Part shown: positions 12,023 to 24,050 of the stretch, in pieces
How positions within the stretch are numbered: the stretch's first letter is position 1
How the letters are laid out: each line of letters begins with the position of its first letter
DNA from: Vitrella brassicaformis CCMP3155
Taxonomy: Eukaryota; Protista; Chromerida
Assembly (NCBI GenBank): GCA_001179505.1
Contig: CDMY01000458.1
Coordinates: 8,505 to 72,504 of the forward strand
DNA length: 64,000 bases
Reading direction: 5' to 3'
Position numbers and translations under genes: made by a program
The notes under the pieces: model-generated
Databases searched by the model: none
Told to the model about the DNA's origin: nothing
Seen by the model: the letters and a program-made list of their open reading frames with translations, nothing else

Positions 12023-12610
12023 ATGGCGTGCAGCAGTGTGTTGCTGCTGCTGCCGATGAATCTTTTGGTGGTCATCAGCCCTGTCGAAGCAGCGACGGCC
12101 GGCACACAGGTCAGTTATACAGCGGAAGAACGAATGGGCAGCGCTCCTTATGTGTGTGTACCTGTCGTGCAGTCTGCCGTGTCCTTTGTCCTCTTTCGCC
12201 GTCCCATCCCGCCCCTCATTGCGCCCTCGTCGGCCAACCGCATTGCGTATCGCCACGACCCCAAAGTGACGGTGGCGCGCTCCGTCATGGACGTCCTTCA
12301 TGCCATGGTGACTCGACCTCAAGTGGACGTGTATGTGTGGTTGAACATCACTACCAACAAGAGGAAGAGGGGCACGTACGGCGTCAAATGCAGTCCCGAC
12401 AAGCCTCTTGGCATCGTCCTGGATCGAGCTTGTGAGGAGGGGCTCACCTCGTCAATCCTCAAAGGTCTCGACAGCTATGCCTTCGTGTACAACGGGACGC
12501 AGCTGGCGGTGAGCGACCCTCTGGCCGAGGTGCTGGAGAGGGCCGGCAACAACGCATCCAACGCCATCACACTCGACGTCACCACAGCACCAAGTGAGCC
12601 TACCAGCTAG
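12023..12610 (+). CDS. Small secreted protein with possible C-terminal ubiquitin-like (beta-grasp) domain
   Basis: Hydrophobic N-terminus MACSSVLLLLPMNLLVVISPVEA; one probable intron (gtcagt..gtgcag); C-terminal YGVKCSPDKPLGIVLDRACEE..YAFVYNGTQLAVSDPL resembles Ubl/SUMO-like domains. Confidence 0.5.
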   Translation: MACSSVLLLLPMNLLVVISPVEAATAGTQVSYTAEERMGSAPYVCVPVVQSAVSFVLFRRPIPPLIAPSSANRIAYRHDPKVTVARSVMDVLHAMVTRPQVDVYVWLNITTNKRKRGTYGVKCSPDKPLGIVLDRACEEGLTSSILKGLDSYAFVYNGTQLAVSDPLAEVLERAGNNASNAITLDVTTAPSEPTS

Positions 12611-13426
12611 GCAGCCAGCGAGGCAGCCGTGGAATGGTGCTAGGTGGCGAGAAGAGTCATGTGGAGGGATGAGTGTGTCTGTCTGTCTGTCTGCAGAACG
12701 TCCTTCTCGTGACGAGACTCTTTTGCGGATGCTGCGGCTGAGCAGCCCTTTGGGGATTCTTCTCTGAGTCAGGTACCTCTCGTAAACGGGCATGGCGTGA
12801 ACGGGCAGCCATGCAGACAGGCAGGCAGGCAGGCATGCACACTGATGAACACACACGGGCGAGGCGGGAGGAGATGGAGCCCATCTGTCGTGACTGAGTG
12901 ACTGACTGACTGACTGACTGAACGGCTGACTGTGCCCTGTTTGTTCTGTGCTGCTCCGCTGTTTGTGTCTGTCCGGAAGAAAGCAACGTGCGAGCAGAAC
13001 AGCTACTCGGACATAGGCGAAGGCCTTCTGCCACTTGATGAGTGGCTGGACGCTGATGCGCTGCTCAACAAGACAGGATTCACGCGGCTGACGAGATTAT
13101 ATAACGAGAAGCGTCCGCTTGCGAGACCGTCGCCGAGACGTCACTGCGGTGGCCCATCTCTGGGTGGTCAGTCGATGGTACCGCGCCCACTGGCAAATGA
13201 GGCGCGTGGTCGTCATGACGGCAGGAGAGAATACATCGCATATACATATCGCGATATATATCCCATGCATCCCTGTCGAGCACACCAAAGCCGCCAAGCA
13301 CAGAGCAGTGTGACTCTCGTAGTTTTCATCACAATGTGGATATGCGGGACGGGGAGGGTAGTATGTAGGACATTCATTGCCCTTGTCGGTTCGGCAGCTA
13401 GCTGGGATGTATATGTGCTGGTTGTG

Positions 13427-15954
13427 AGGCCACGCTGCGCCAATTCCGTCGCCTGGTCGACAAGGACAAGGTCAAGCAGGCCGTCCGGTTCCTGACCGAG
13501 CGGGGAGGGGGAGGCGCGCTCGACCCCAACGACCTGGCTGAGGCCGACCCTGCGGGCCGCACCGTTCGGGAGGTCCTCGAGTCGAAGCACCCCACCCAGA
13601 GTGACCCTGACCCGTCCTGCTTCCTCGACCGGCCCCTCCCTCCCCTCACCCAGGTCGAGCTCACCGCCAACCACATCGAGCGGGCGGCACGGGCAACGAA
13701 GGGAGGCGCGGGACCTGTTGGTGGCGAGTCGTCGGTGTGGAAGCAAGTCCTTCTCAAGGGCGGCGCGGCAAGTGCGGAGCTGCGCAGTGAGTTAGCGGCC
13801 ATGGCCTCCCACATCGCCAACGAGGACGTGCCCTGGGAGCGGCTGCAGGCCCTGCGTGCATGTCGGCTTATCGGTCTGGACAAGCAACCGGGCGTGCGGC
13901 CCATCGGGATCGGGGAGGTCCTGATGCGCATCATGGGCAAGGCGATGGCCAAGGCAGTCGGGGTGGATGCGGAGATTGTGTGCGGTGCGGACCAGCTCTG
14001 TGCCGGGCTCAAGGGGGGCGTGGAGGGTGCCATTCATGCGGTATCCGGCGAGTTCGACTCGGGTGGCGTTGAGTGCGCGATCCTGGTGGATGCGACGAAC
14101 GCCTTCAACGAGATGAGTCGCTCTGCCGCCCTGTGGAATGTCCGCATTTTCTGGCCGCGGTGCTCACGCTTCCTGTTCAACACCTATCGCGGCCATGCGG
14201 CCCTCTACATGCGCGACCAATCCGCGCCGCTGTGGAGCCGAGAAGGGACCGCACAAGGCGACCCCTTGGCCTCCCTCTTCTACTCTGTGGCCACCCTTCC
14301 GCTCGTGTGGGAGATGAAGCGGCCAGCAGAGGAGGGCCCTCAGGCATGGTTTGCCGACGACTCCGCCAAGCTGGGAGACCTCCAGCCGGTGCGCGAGTGG
14401 TGGGATGAGCTGCAGCGGAGAGGGCCACTGGGGGGCTACCAGCCCAACGGCAAAAAGACCAAGCTGGTGGTGCGGGCGGGTTGCGAGGAGCGGGTGCGGG
14501 AGGTGTTTGGCGATACCGACGTAGAGATTGTGAGTGGTGCTCGATATATGGGGGGATTTGTGGTGACCGCGGAGGGCAAGCGGGCCTACGCCGCCGAGAG
14601 GGTGCAGGAGTGGCAGCGGTGTGTGAACCGGATGGCGGACGCAGCGGCCAAGTACCCGCAGGCAGCCCACACGGCACTCACGACGTCTCTGCAGGTCGAG
14701 TGGGATTTCTTCATGCGGGTGATGCCTGAGGAGCGGGCGACATTCGAGCCGCTGCGACATGCCCTCACCCATTACCTCACCCAGCTCTCCAGCCATGCGG
14801 TGACCGCCACTGAGGCCCAGCTGATGATGCTGCCTGCGCGTTTTGGGGGGATGGGGGTGAGGGACCCGACACCGCAGCGAGTTGCGGTGGCATACGAGAC
14901 GTCCACCAAGGGCACCTCCCTGCTGGTGTCCACCATCCAGAACGGCGACCCACCCGACGGCCCTCCATCCAATCCCTTCCAGCACCGCGCCGAGATGCAG
15001 CAAGCGGTCAAGGAGGGGCGGCGGGCGACCGATGAGGCAGCCAAGGAGCGCTTCGAGGACGGCCTCCAGCAGCTGCCCCCAGAGAGACGACGGGCGGTCC
15101 ACCGGGCGATCGAGGCCAAGACGGCCGGGTGGGTGACTTGCCGCCCTGACGCAGAGGACCACACCGACCTGACGCCTGACGAGTTCCGCGACAACATGGC
15201 CATCCGATACGCCTACGAACCTCTCAAGATGCCCACCCACTGCGACGGCTGCGGGGCTGCATACTCGCTCGACCACGCTCTCAACTGTGGGGTGGGTGGG
15301 TTGGTGATTCGGCGGCACAACGAGGTGGTGGACGTGCTGTGCGACCTTTCTGCCAAGGCTTGGGGCGAGTCGGCGGTCAGGAAGGAGGTGGTGATCGTGG
15401 AGCCCGAGGAGGAGGGGGAGAAGGGGGTGCAGACGGACATGGTGGTGAGAGGGGTGTGGGAGAGGCAGAAGGACGTGTCGTTCGACGTATGTGTGACGAA
15501 CGCTGACGCACCGTCCTACCGCAAGCAATCCACCGCCTCCATCCTCAAGAGCAAGGCCAAGACCAAGAAGGCCCACCATAGCCGTGTGTGCGAGGACAAG
15601 TCCATCCATTTCACCCCCTTGTGCGTCACGGTGGATGCTGTGTGGGGCAGAGAGGCCAACGGTTTTTTCAGCCGCCTGGTTGAGAAGCTGCGCACCAAGG
15701 CTGCGTGGGCAGAGAAGTCGTATGGCCAGGTGATGGGGTGGGTTCGTGCTCGTCTGTCTGTTGCGTTGGCGCGTAGTGCGAGTATGTGTGTGCGTGGTGG
15801 GCGGCGCCGCTGGAAGATACGCTAGGCGGGCGCTGAGGATGGTGCTGGCATGTTTGTCGCATGATTGAGGGTTGGTCGACGTTGACGCAGTTCGTTTCAT
15901 GAGAGAACGACAGACTTTGCCTGTTGTTGCGCTATGAGTTAACGTATGTCACGC
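13427..15954 (+). mobile_element. 5'-truncated CRE-like non-LTR retrotransposon (RT + restriction-like endonuclease)
   Basis: Open frame from about 13402 to the stop at 15825 with RPIGIGE, VDATNAFN, GTAQGDPL, WFADD, the CCHC CDGCG..HALNC, RRHNEV and DMVVRG..FDVCV REL motifs. Flanked by identical 16-mers ATATGTGCTGGTTGTG at 13411-13426 and 15955-15970. Confidence 0.95.
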
Positions 15955-16088
15955 ATATGTGCTGGTTGTGCGTGTTAATTGTCTTGACGCACTTATGCCA
16001 CTGAGTGCGTTCGTGGAGATGCGACGAGTGTTTCATTCTCTGTCTTCGGCGCCGAGGAAAAAATAGTGGGACAAAGCACTGCAGTTTT

Positions 16089-19000
16089 TCCCTTCAGTGA
16101 TGTTGCTGCTTCTGGTCTTCGCCTTTGCTTCCCTGCCGGCCGCTGTTTTCGGCGCCTCGGAAGCCAACGCCTCGCCCAGTCTCCTCTCACAGCTTGAGAG
16201 CGATAGCAGGCACCAGCAGCTGAGCGCTCTGCGGGCAATGTCCGCGGTCATCGCCAAGAATGCACAGCCAGCTGACGCTGCTGCTGTCATTGCGGAGCAG
16301 TTCGGTGCAGCTGTCTTCGCCCTGCTGAGAGGGTCTGCAGAGCCGGCTGTGGAGCAGGAGGCATCAAAGCTGCTGGTCGAGATGGCAAGCACAGGCGCCA
16401 AGGCAGTGGAGGCCCTCATACGGTGAGCAATAAACGGGCGCGATTGGAGATCTCTCTCTCGCTCTCGGTGTGTGTCTATGTCAGGGTGGGTGCCATATCT
16501 TCCCTGACAGAGGCCCTTAAGCGTGCTGTGCAGCTTCCATGGGGCTTCCCTAGCACGGCCATCATCATGCCCTTGCGCCGGGTGGTGCTCGTGGCGGATG
16601 ATGAGGGGTTGCCGTGGGCGGGTGAGCTGTTCGAGGCCGACGGGCTGCCTCCGCTCGTGCAGCTGCTGGACCACCATCACGACGAGGTCAAGAGAGCCGC
16701 AACCAACGTCATCAGGAAGTTTCCTACGGTGAGCGAGAAGGACGGCTGGTCTACCGAGCTGAGCTTGCTGTCTGTCTCTTTTGTGTATGTCCAGCTCCGA
16801 GCGAGCCCTCTGTTACCTGGCAGTCCGGCTACATCTTGTTCCAGAGTGGGGTGCTGACCAAGCTCTCACCGCTGCTGCTGTCGGCCGACGACGAAATGCG
16901 CCAGGATGCCGCCGACATCATAGGGATGACATTGGTCGCCCTAACTTTTACCGCTCGTAAGCTGATCGACGCCACACACACACACACACACACACGCACC
17001 CAGCCACCACCTTTGTGTGTGATCAGAGAAAGTGCCCGAGTCGCAGCCAGACATTCTCGAGAACATAATCAACGCCGACGTGCTGCCCAATGCCCTCACT
17101 GCATCGACGGAGTGGGGGGATACGGCCGCCCGGACAGCTTTCATGGCGACGCACTTGAATGGATGCACGCTGCTGATGCGCAAGGGCAACGAAGCAGAGG
17201 TAGGCATCACCACCACCACCAGTAGCAGCACCTGGCACCTCATCGCGTATTGGTATGGTGTGTGCGCCGCGTGCAGCAAAGCTACGCAGTTGACCACGCC
17301 TGCATCGACTCGTTCTGCAACTCGCTCGAGCACCGTGTTGAGCAGCGACCTAATTGGGGGCGCTTGGAGAATGAATTCCTCCACAAGCTGCTGATGGATT
17401 CTTTCGCCGCTATCCTCAGATTCGACGGTGTGATACACGATGCGGCACAGCCGTGCCTTAGATGCTGTCTTGCTGTTTGGCGGTGTTGTGTTGTCAATCG
17501 ATTGTTCAGTGGCAGCTTAAGACAGCGAGCCAAAGCCGCCATTCTTTCAAAGGTCTCACTGCACCGACCACACACGCGCACGCGGCTGTGGGTACGTCCG
17601 TCAAGGTGGGCTGCTGTGGTGGCTGTGTGTCTGCAGACTGGCTGCCAAGAAGGGATCGAGGCCTTCCTTGAGCACCCCACTGACGTCATCAGGACGAGCG
17701 CCGAGGAGGCCGTGGAGAGCATCAAATCAGCAGATGGTGACGAGCCCGACGATTCGGACCCGTTGGCTGAATACTACAGCTCCATCGATGAAGCTGAAGA
17801 TGACGCAGCGCGCGTCAAGGCGGCGAATTCCTTCCTGCAGAAGGAACTGGAGGGCGGCGACCCGGACAGGCAGCTGCTCGTTCTGCAGGCCGCGGACATG
17901 AGCGTCAGCGACAGCGCAGACCCAGACCCAGATTGGACCGCCTCATCCATTGCTAATCGTTTCGGGGCCGCTATTACTCCCCTGCTGAAAGCGACGGTTG
18001 AGCCTATGGTGCAGGTGGAAACACTACAGCTCTTGATCAAGTTTACGAAAGCGGGCGTCAAGACAGTCGAGGCGCTCATAGGGTGAGTGCCGACATACAC
18101 AATCATTCACGCAGCTGGCTGGGGGCATTGTCTCTTCCTGTGTGCATATGACAGGGTCGGGGCCATCCCCTCCCTCGTGGCGATCGTCAAGGAATCTCTG
18201 GAGCTGCCCGACGACAACAACCGGACGGCAGCTCTCCCCATCCCCCTGTTCCACACCATGTTTGTGGCGGCAGAGGCCAAACTGCCGTGGGCAGATGAGC
18301 TCATCGGGGCGGGCGGGGTGCCTCTGCTGGTGCAGCTGCTTGAGCATGACCACGTCAACATCACCAGGTTGGCGGTGAAGACGCTCGAAAATGTCGCAGT
18401 GGGTGAGGAGCAGCACAACGGGTCATAATGTGTCGCTCATTGTCTGTCTGTCTGGGGGCTGTTTTGTTGTTGTTGCGTGCAGCCTCACTGCTCGACAAGT
18501 CCTGCCGGTCGTGTCAGGCAGATGCGCCCGCTCTGTTCTCTGAGAGGCAGATGATCATGAAGCTGTCGTCGCTGCTGCTATCGTCTGATTCCCACCTGCC
18601 CATTCACGCCGCCAACATCATGCTCGTGATCCTGAAAACAATGAACTTTATCCCCAATGGTAAGCTTACCACAGCAGCACAGCCCAAGGCAAGCCACGCA
18701 CCCATGTGGTTGTGGTGCGTGTGTGTGCTCAGGTGAGTGGCCAGAGGCGCAGTCTGCCCTTCTTGGCAGTCTGGTCGATGCTGACACCTTGGTCATCGCT
18801 GAAGAAGCTTTCCGTTCTAAGACGGGTCTGAGAGCTACGCGACGGTCTTGGCGCTGACGTGCGCCCTGCTGCTGCGGAAGGGAAACGACACACATGTAGA
18901 CGCGTACCACTTAGAGACGCACCGACTAGAGACGCCTTGACTGCTCTCTATGGCCTGGCTTGTGTGGGATTCTCTGCGGTACAGCGGATGGCTGCAATCG

Positions 19001-19480
19001 ACGACGGGTGTCTTGACATAGCGTGCATCGGCCTGGGGGCCGACCATCTCGAGTTTCTGATGCTGGAATCCTTCAACATCATCCTCAAGTAGGCGTGCGC
19101 GTGTGCAAGAGGCAGATGCATCACTGATGAGCGCCTTATCGTTTGTGCCGCTCTCCCCATCAGCGACACGAGTGTCACATTGAGCCAGCGAGCCAAGGAT
19201 GACATCACTTGCAGGGTGGGTGGCTAGGTACGGGCGAATACATATGTCACTGTGTGTGTCCTCCTGTCCTTTGTCGATAGGGCGGCTGCGTCAAGGCCAT
19301 CCAGCGCTTCACCAAGCACCCTGACCAGGCCGTCAGCACTGAAGCCACGCAGGCAGTGAAGGCCCTCCAACTGCACGTGAGTCAGTCAAGTCTGCAACAA
19401 CCACTGTCCCATGGATGTACGGCTAGCTTCCCCTGCGCATCAGGCTACTGCTAAAATGCATCGAGTTGAAGCGGTCACCA
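16089..19480 (+). CDS. Signal-peptide ARM/HEAT-repeat protein with internal duplication (about 11 exons)
   Basis: MLLLLVFAFASLPAAVFG leader; ARM-like helices (GLPPLVQLLDH, GGVPLLVQLLEH, GCVKAIQRFTKHPD); two homologous halves. 3' end approximate. Confidence 0.75.
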
Positions 19481-20658
19481 GCTGAGGGTATCGTATCCAC
19501 AGGCGGATCAGAGGGATGCTTGTCTTGTGCGGCCACGAACGATGTTGACAGACAGCTGGAAGGAGAAACCGTTTAGTTAGTGCGGTCCTTCCTTGGTGTG
19601 TGTGGGAGAGGAGGGAAAGGTGCGAGTGAGTGCATGGCGCCGGCATTTTGTACGTATGTCCATTGCATTTGCCATCGACCGACGCGTGTGTGAGATGTGA
19701 GACGCTGTAAGTGGCCTATGGTTCGATGTTTTTTGTGTGTGGCACTCACTCTTACTACTTACGAGAGTCAGGCCAGGCAGGTGTGTGCGCTGCGATTTGT
19801 GTGTTGCATGGCATGCAGTTAGGCTCTTCGTCAGGTTGTTATGGCTGTTAGCTTTCGAGTAAGGTCTCACTTATTATGTGCATGTGTCTCCCCTAGCTGC
19901 CTATGCCTGTCTGTCTGTCTGTCTGCTGGGGGCGCCATGCCATGAGGATGTTTATCTGGCTGGCCACTTGACAGGTCCTGTGTCTGCGCCACAGGCTGTG
20001 GCCGCTGTGCCATGCACCAATTAGTGCTGCGTTGGTCCTTCATAAGTGTATGTAATAGTGACCCCCAGCCCTGTCTGGCCATGGGTCAGGTCAGAGGAAG
20101 GGAGAGACGAGAGGGGAGGGGTCTATATGTCAAGGTGAGATGCCATCCATGCATTTGGACTGTCCATGGACAGACGAGTCTGGTGCGCATGAAAGACATC
20201 ACACGCTCAAGGTCGTCTCGCACAACCCTGTCCGTCTCACGATATGTCGCCTCTCTTTTGGGGTCCCGTCCACCACACAAACATGCAGTGAGTGAGATAG
20301 TCAGGGGCAGCCAGCCGCCCGCACAAGGCACAAACATCAGGCACAGTCGCGTCTCCACGTCGGTCAAAGCGCCATTGTATGCCGCACAACGGCCCACAAG
20401 CACATGCGTCTCGGGCAGGCAGGCAGGCAGGCAGAAAGGCGCCTTTCCAACCAGCGAAGTGCGTCCCGTGAGAAGTACGAGAGAAGCAATGGAGAAAGAC
20501 ATGAAAGTCTCTCTCTCCCTCCCTCCCTCCCTCCCTCCATCCCTCCCCCAGATGCCCGTGCTCACATCCTCCAACACGTCACTGGTCCTCTCGCGATGTC
20601 TCATTCGGTCGTCCCGTCCCCCACATACTTTGTCCTTCCCTGCCTCCCAAAATAATGT

Positions 20659-21390
20659 TTATCTGAAGCGGAATGGTGTGGGCCTTGCCTTCTCTCGGGC
20701 CGTGATGGCCTCACGCTGCACCTCAACGGCCTTCATCCGCTTCTCCATCGCTCTGGTGCCCTTCAGCGCCACTGACACCCTCCTCGCCCTCCTCCTGCGG
20801 GGGTTTTCGGCAGCGACTGCCCTCTCCTTTGCCCTCTTCGTGACACCGAGGGCCTCATCAGGAACTGGATGTCCTCGAGTGGCTATGACTCGTGCAGCAT
20901 GGGCCTTGGTGCACTTCATTGCCACCGCCGGAGCCTTTATCTTCCTGCTGGTCGGCTTATTGGACACGACTGTCCTCTCCAGGCCTTGAGTTGCGACAGG
21001 AACTGGATGTCCTCGAGTCGCTATGACCCGGGCCTCATGGGCCTTGGTGCCTTTCAGCGCCACCGACACCATCGACGTCACTTTCTCCTCCTTGCTGGTG
21101 GCCTTGTGAGCAGCGGCTGCCTGCCTCTGGGCCATCCTGGCTTCTCTCCAGGAAGCCCGCAGCCGACCGATAACGGCGCTGATGCCGTCATCCTCCGACT
21201 CGCCGTCGTCTTCGTATATAAACCGATACACACTGGAGTCCCCGTCAGACAGCGACTCACACGACCAGAACGATTCTGAAAGAGCACAATTCATGCGTCT
21301 GAGTCGTGTTCTGAGTCTGAGACATGGACATGATCTTTTCTCTGTGCGCACCGTCGGAGGCATCGGATCCCGAGTCGTCGAATACATCAC
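20659..21390 (-). CDS. Lys/Arg/Ala-rich protein with internal AHxARVIATRGHPVP repeats (family member 1)
   Basis: 243-aa ORF with an acidic patch followed by basic repeats; a paralogous segment lies at 53013-53362. Confidence 0.5.
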   Translation of the reverse strand: MMYSTTRDPMPPTVRTEKRSCPCLRLRTRLRRMNCALSESFWSCESLSDGDSSVYRFIYEDDGESEDDGISAVIGRLRASWREARMAQRQAAAAHKATSKEEKVTSMVSVALKGTKAHEARVIATRGHPVPVATQGLERTVVSNKPTSRKIKAPAVAMKCTKAHAARVIATRGHPVPDEALGVTKRAKERAVAAENPRRRRARRVSVALKGTRAMEKRMKAVEVQREAITAREKARPTPFRFR

Positions 21391-22438
21391 GCTGGCCAGC
21401 CTTCACGCGGCGGCGACCTGAGTGCTTGGTAGCAGGCATTATCTTTTTGCAGTGCTATTTCTGAGACGGGGGGTGCCGATGGGGGCCGTGCATGCAAGCT
21501 AGCTGGCGCATGTGTTGATTGAATCCATCTATACCATTGAAGTTTCCCTACACACCAGGCACACGCAGTGGCGCTGATACGTTACTGATCGCCGTGGCGA
21601 CTTCCTGGCCTGGTGAGAAATATCCCGGCCGTCACTCAGCTTCTCCATCTCTCATCCGCCTCTAGATCTCCTCTGAGTCGGGTTCACCCCAGCACAATGT
21701 CCATCCTGCCGCTCGACAAGTCGTCCTCTTTCCTGCTCATCGTCTGCATCAGCGGTGTGCCGGGAGGGAGAAAGCGAGACAGACAGACAGAGATCGACGG
21801 AGCTCAGACGACGCTTCTGAGGAAGATCCTGTATACATGTACATCCTTCTCCGTGTACTTGGTGCAGCTGCCATTCTTGGCCTGATCCATCGTATCGACA
21901 CCAGCCAGCAAATTGAGCCCCACTCCGACCAACCGCACGAAGGTGCCGATCAGGGGCCGTCATCATGCATGAATGACGAAGCACGGCTGGCGAAAGCACT
22001 GGACAAGGCAGTGGAGGGCTACTTCCTGCGCAATTCCCACGGATTCAGGTCGGGCCAGCCCGGCAACAAGCTCACGCTTCCCTCCCTTATGCTCTCATGA
22101 TGGCACTGGAGGACCAATCGAAGGCCCTTGCGGACTCTCCGAGTGGTGCGGCCTTTGGGCCAGTTCATGGGGTGGTCAGTGGGCTTAGCAGACTGCTTGA
22201 GGGTGAGAATGCTCGTGTGTTTGGTCTGTTGAGGGAGAAATATAGCACGTACAAGCAGGCCTTCGACAAAAGCAAGGGGGAGAGAGACGAGGGTCTGTCA
22301 GCTGTTTTCGAAGCCTACCCTTGACATGCATCTGTTTCTCAACGGCCAAACTGTGTGTACTTTGCTGAATAAACAAAAAGGTCTGTACAGACACCCATTT
22401 CCATCGTCTCATGAACCCTGCCCCCGCCCTGCATCCAG

Positions 22439-24014
22439 CTACTCCTGCTCTCCCACTCTCTCCCCCTCCCGCATCTCCTCTGCCTCTACTATCTCCTCCT
22501 TGGCCCTCTGACGCTCGTCCATCGCCAGCTGGAAGGCCAGCTCTTCCTCATCCGTCAGATCGCCCAGCGAAGTGAAGGTGTGGGTGCGGCGGCTGTTGTG
22601 GGAGCCGTGGAGGAGGCCGCGATGAAATCGGTCGCTCAAGGCCTTCTCCTCCATGGCATACCTGCAGGGGGAGAAATATGGATGGATTGCCATGATCGGT
22701 CGTGATTGGTAGTGTCTCGTGTGCGTTTGGTCTCGTGTGTGAGTACCAGCATCCCATGACCCAGAGAAATGTCAGGAAGCTCATGCAGAGGAACCAATAC
22801 AGCACCCTGCAGTCCACACACGCACACACAGGCAGGTATACATTGACAGGCAGAGACTTGAAAGGCTGCTGTCCTTCTCACCTGAGGTGCAGAGGCAGGT
22901 TTTGGTTCTGCGGGTTGTGGCTGCAATCTATCCACGGCGCGTTGGGCGCCTCGATGCTCTCGTCGAGAGTGACACCAACGTGCACCAACGCCATGTGCAT
23001 CAGGGCTGCAGCACACACACACACACACACAGAGAGAGAGAGAATGGTTCTTTGGGTGTTCGCTGACCCGCCCGATCACTTACTTTGAATCTCGGCGGGC
23101 AGCCCAGCCCTCACGGTCAATAGAGGCGACCTCCGACGGATGGGCTCTGCGTGGTACGGCCCATCCATCGCACTGCCGCGGATCACATAGCCACAGAGCT
23201 TGCTGCCCTGGCTAACGCGGCACTTAGCCCTCCTCAGGGCACTCTGAGCATCGCCCGCCTTGTCTGCAAGAAGAATGCCCCACGCACGGATGGGCTGTGG
23301 AGGGAGGGCGGAGGAGTTGAGCGGGGCGGCCAGGTAGTTAAAGTGATACGTCCGGTCGTTGGGCGGGCAGTCGACGCCTGTGTCAAGGAGAAGCACATGT
23401 TATGTGCTTCCTGTCCATCGCAAAAAGCCAGTTTTCCTACCTTTCTCGCATGGCACGCTTAGCCACACGGCGAGGGACAGATCCACACCGGCATCCTCAA
23501 ATATGATGGCATTCTGCTTCATAGCGGCAAGGTCCGACTCGGCGAGCGGCGTGAAAGTGCCGTCCGAGAAGGAAGGCCACCCCTTCAGGACATAGAACGC
23601 CCCAAAGCCGCCCAGACTCCCCAGCACCAGCTGGCACACCAGAAGGCCCACCGCAACCGAGATCAGCCAGCCGCTCCGCAGCCATCGCAGGAAAGATCCA
23701 GCCAGGAGGGCAGCGGGCAGAGCCACCAGGAACGACTGAGCGAGGTGGGGAGCGTCCGCCCATGTGTGCGGGCCCGTCAGGACGATAACAGCGATGATGG
23801 CAACGGCGAGAAGAGGCCCGGATAGCGCCACAATGGGCAGCGCAACGTTGGGCGATGGCGTCTTTGGGCTGTACGTGAAGAACAGCTCATCGTCCGCTAA
23901 CTCGTCATCCTTGATGAGGCATGGCGACTCAGGGGTGGCGCGAGAGAGCTCCTTCATCTTGGACGGCATTTGGAGAGGCCGGTCCCTTCGGCCCACTGGA
24001 AATTCACTTGTCAT
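22439..24014 (-). CDS. Multi-exon membrane protein with C-terminal UIM-like helix
   Basis: Three hydrophobic segments in ORF 23400-24014, spliceable downstream exons, and a final exon containing LTDEEELAFQLAMDE (UIM-like). The start may be a downstream Met. Confidence 0.55.
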
Positions 24015-24050
24015 CTGCGAGCTAAGATTGCATCACAAATCGCACGCCAA

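Noticed and set aside
14164-15900. 578-aa minus-strand ORF
   Set aside because: Antisense shadow of the GC-rich CRE ORF; no motifs of its own.
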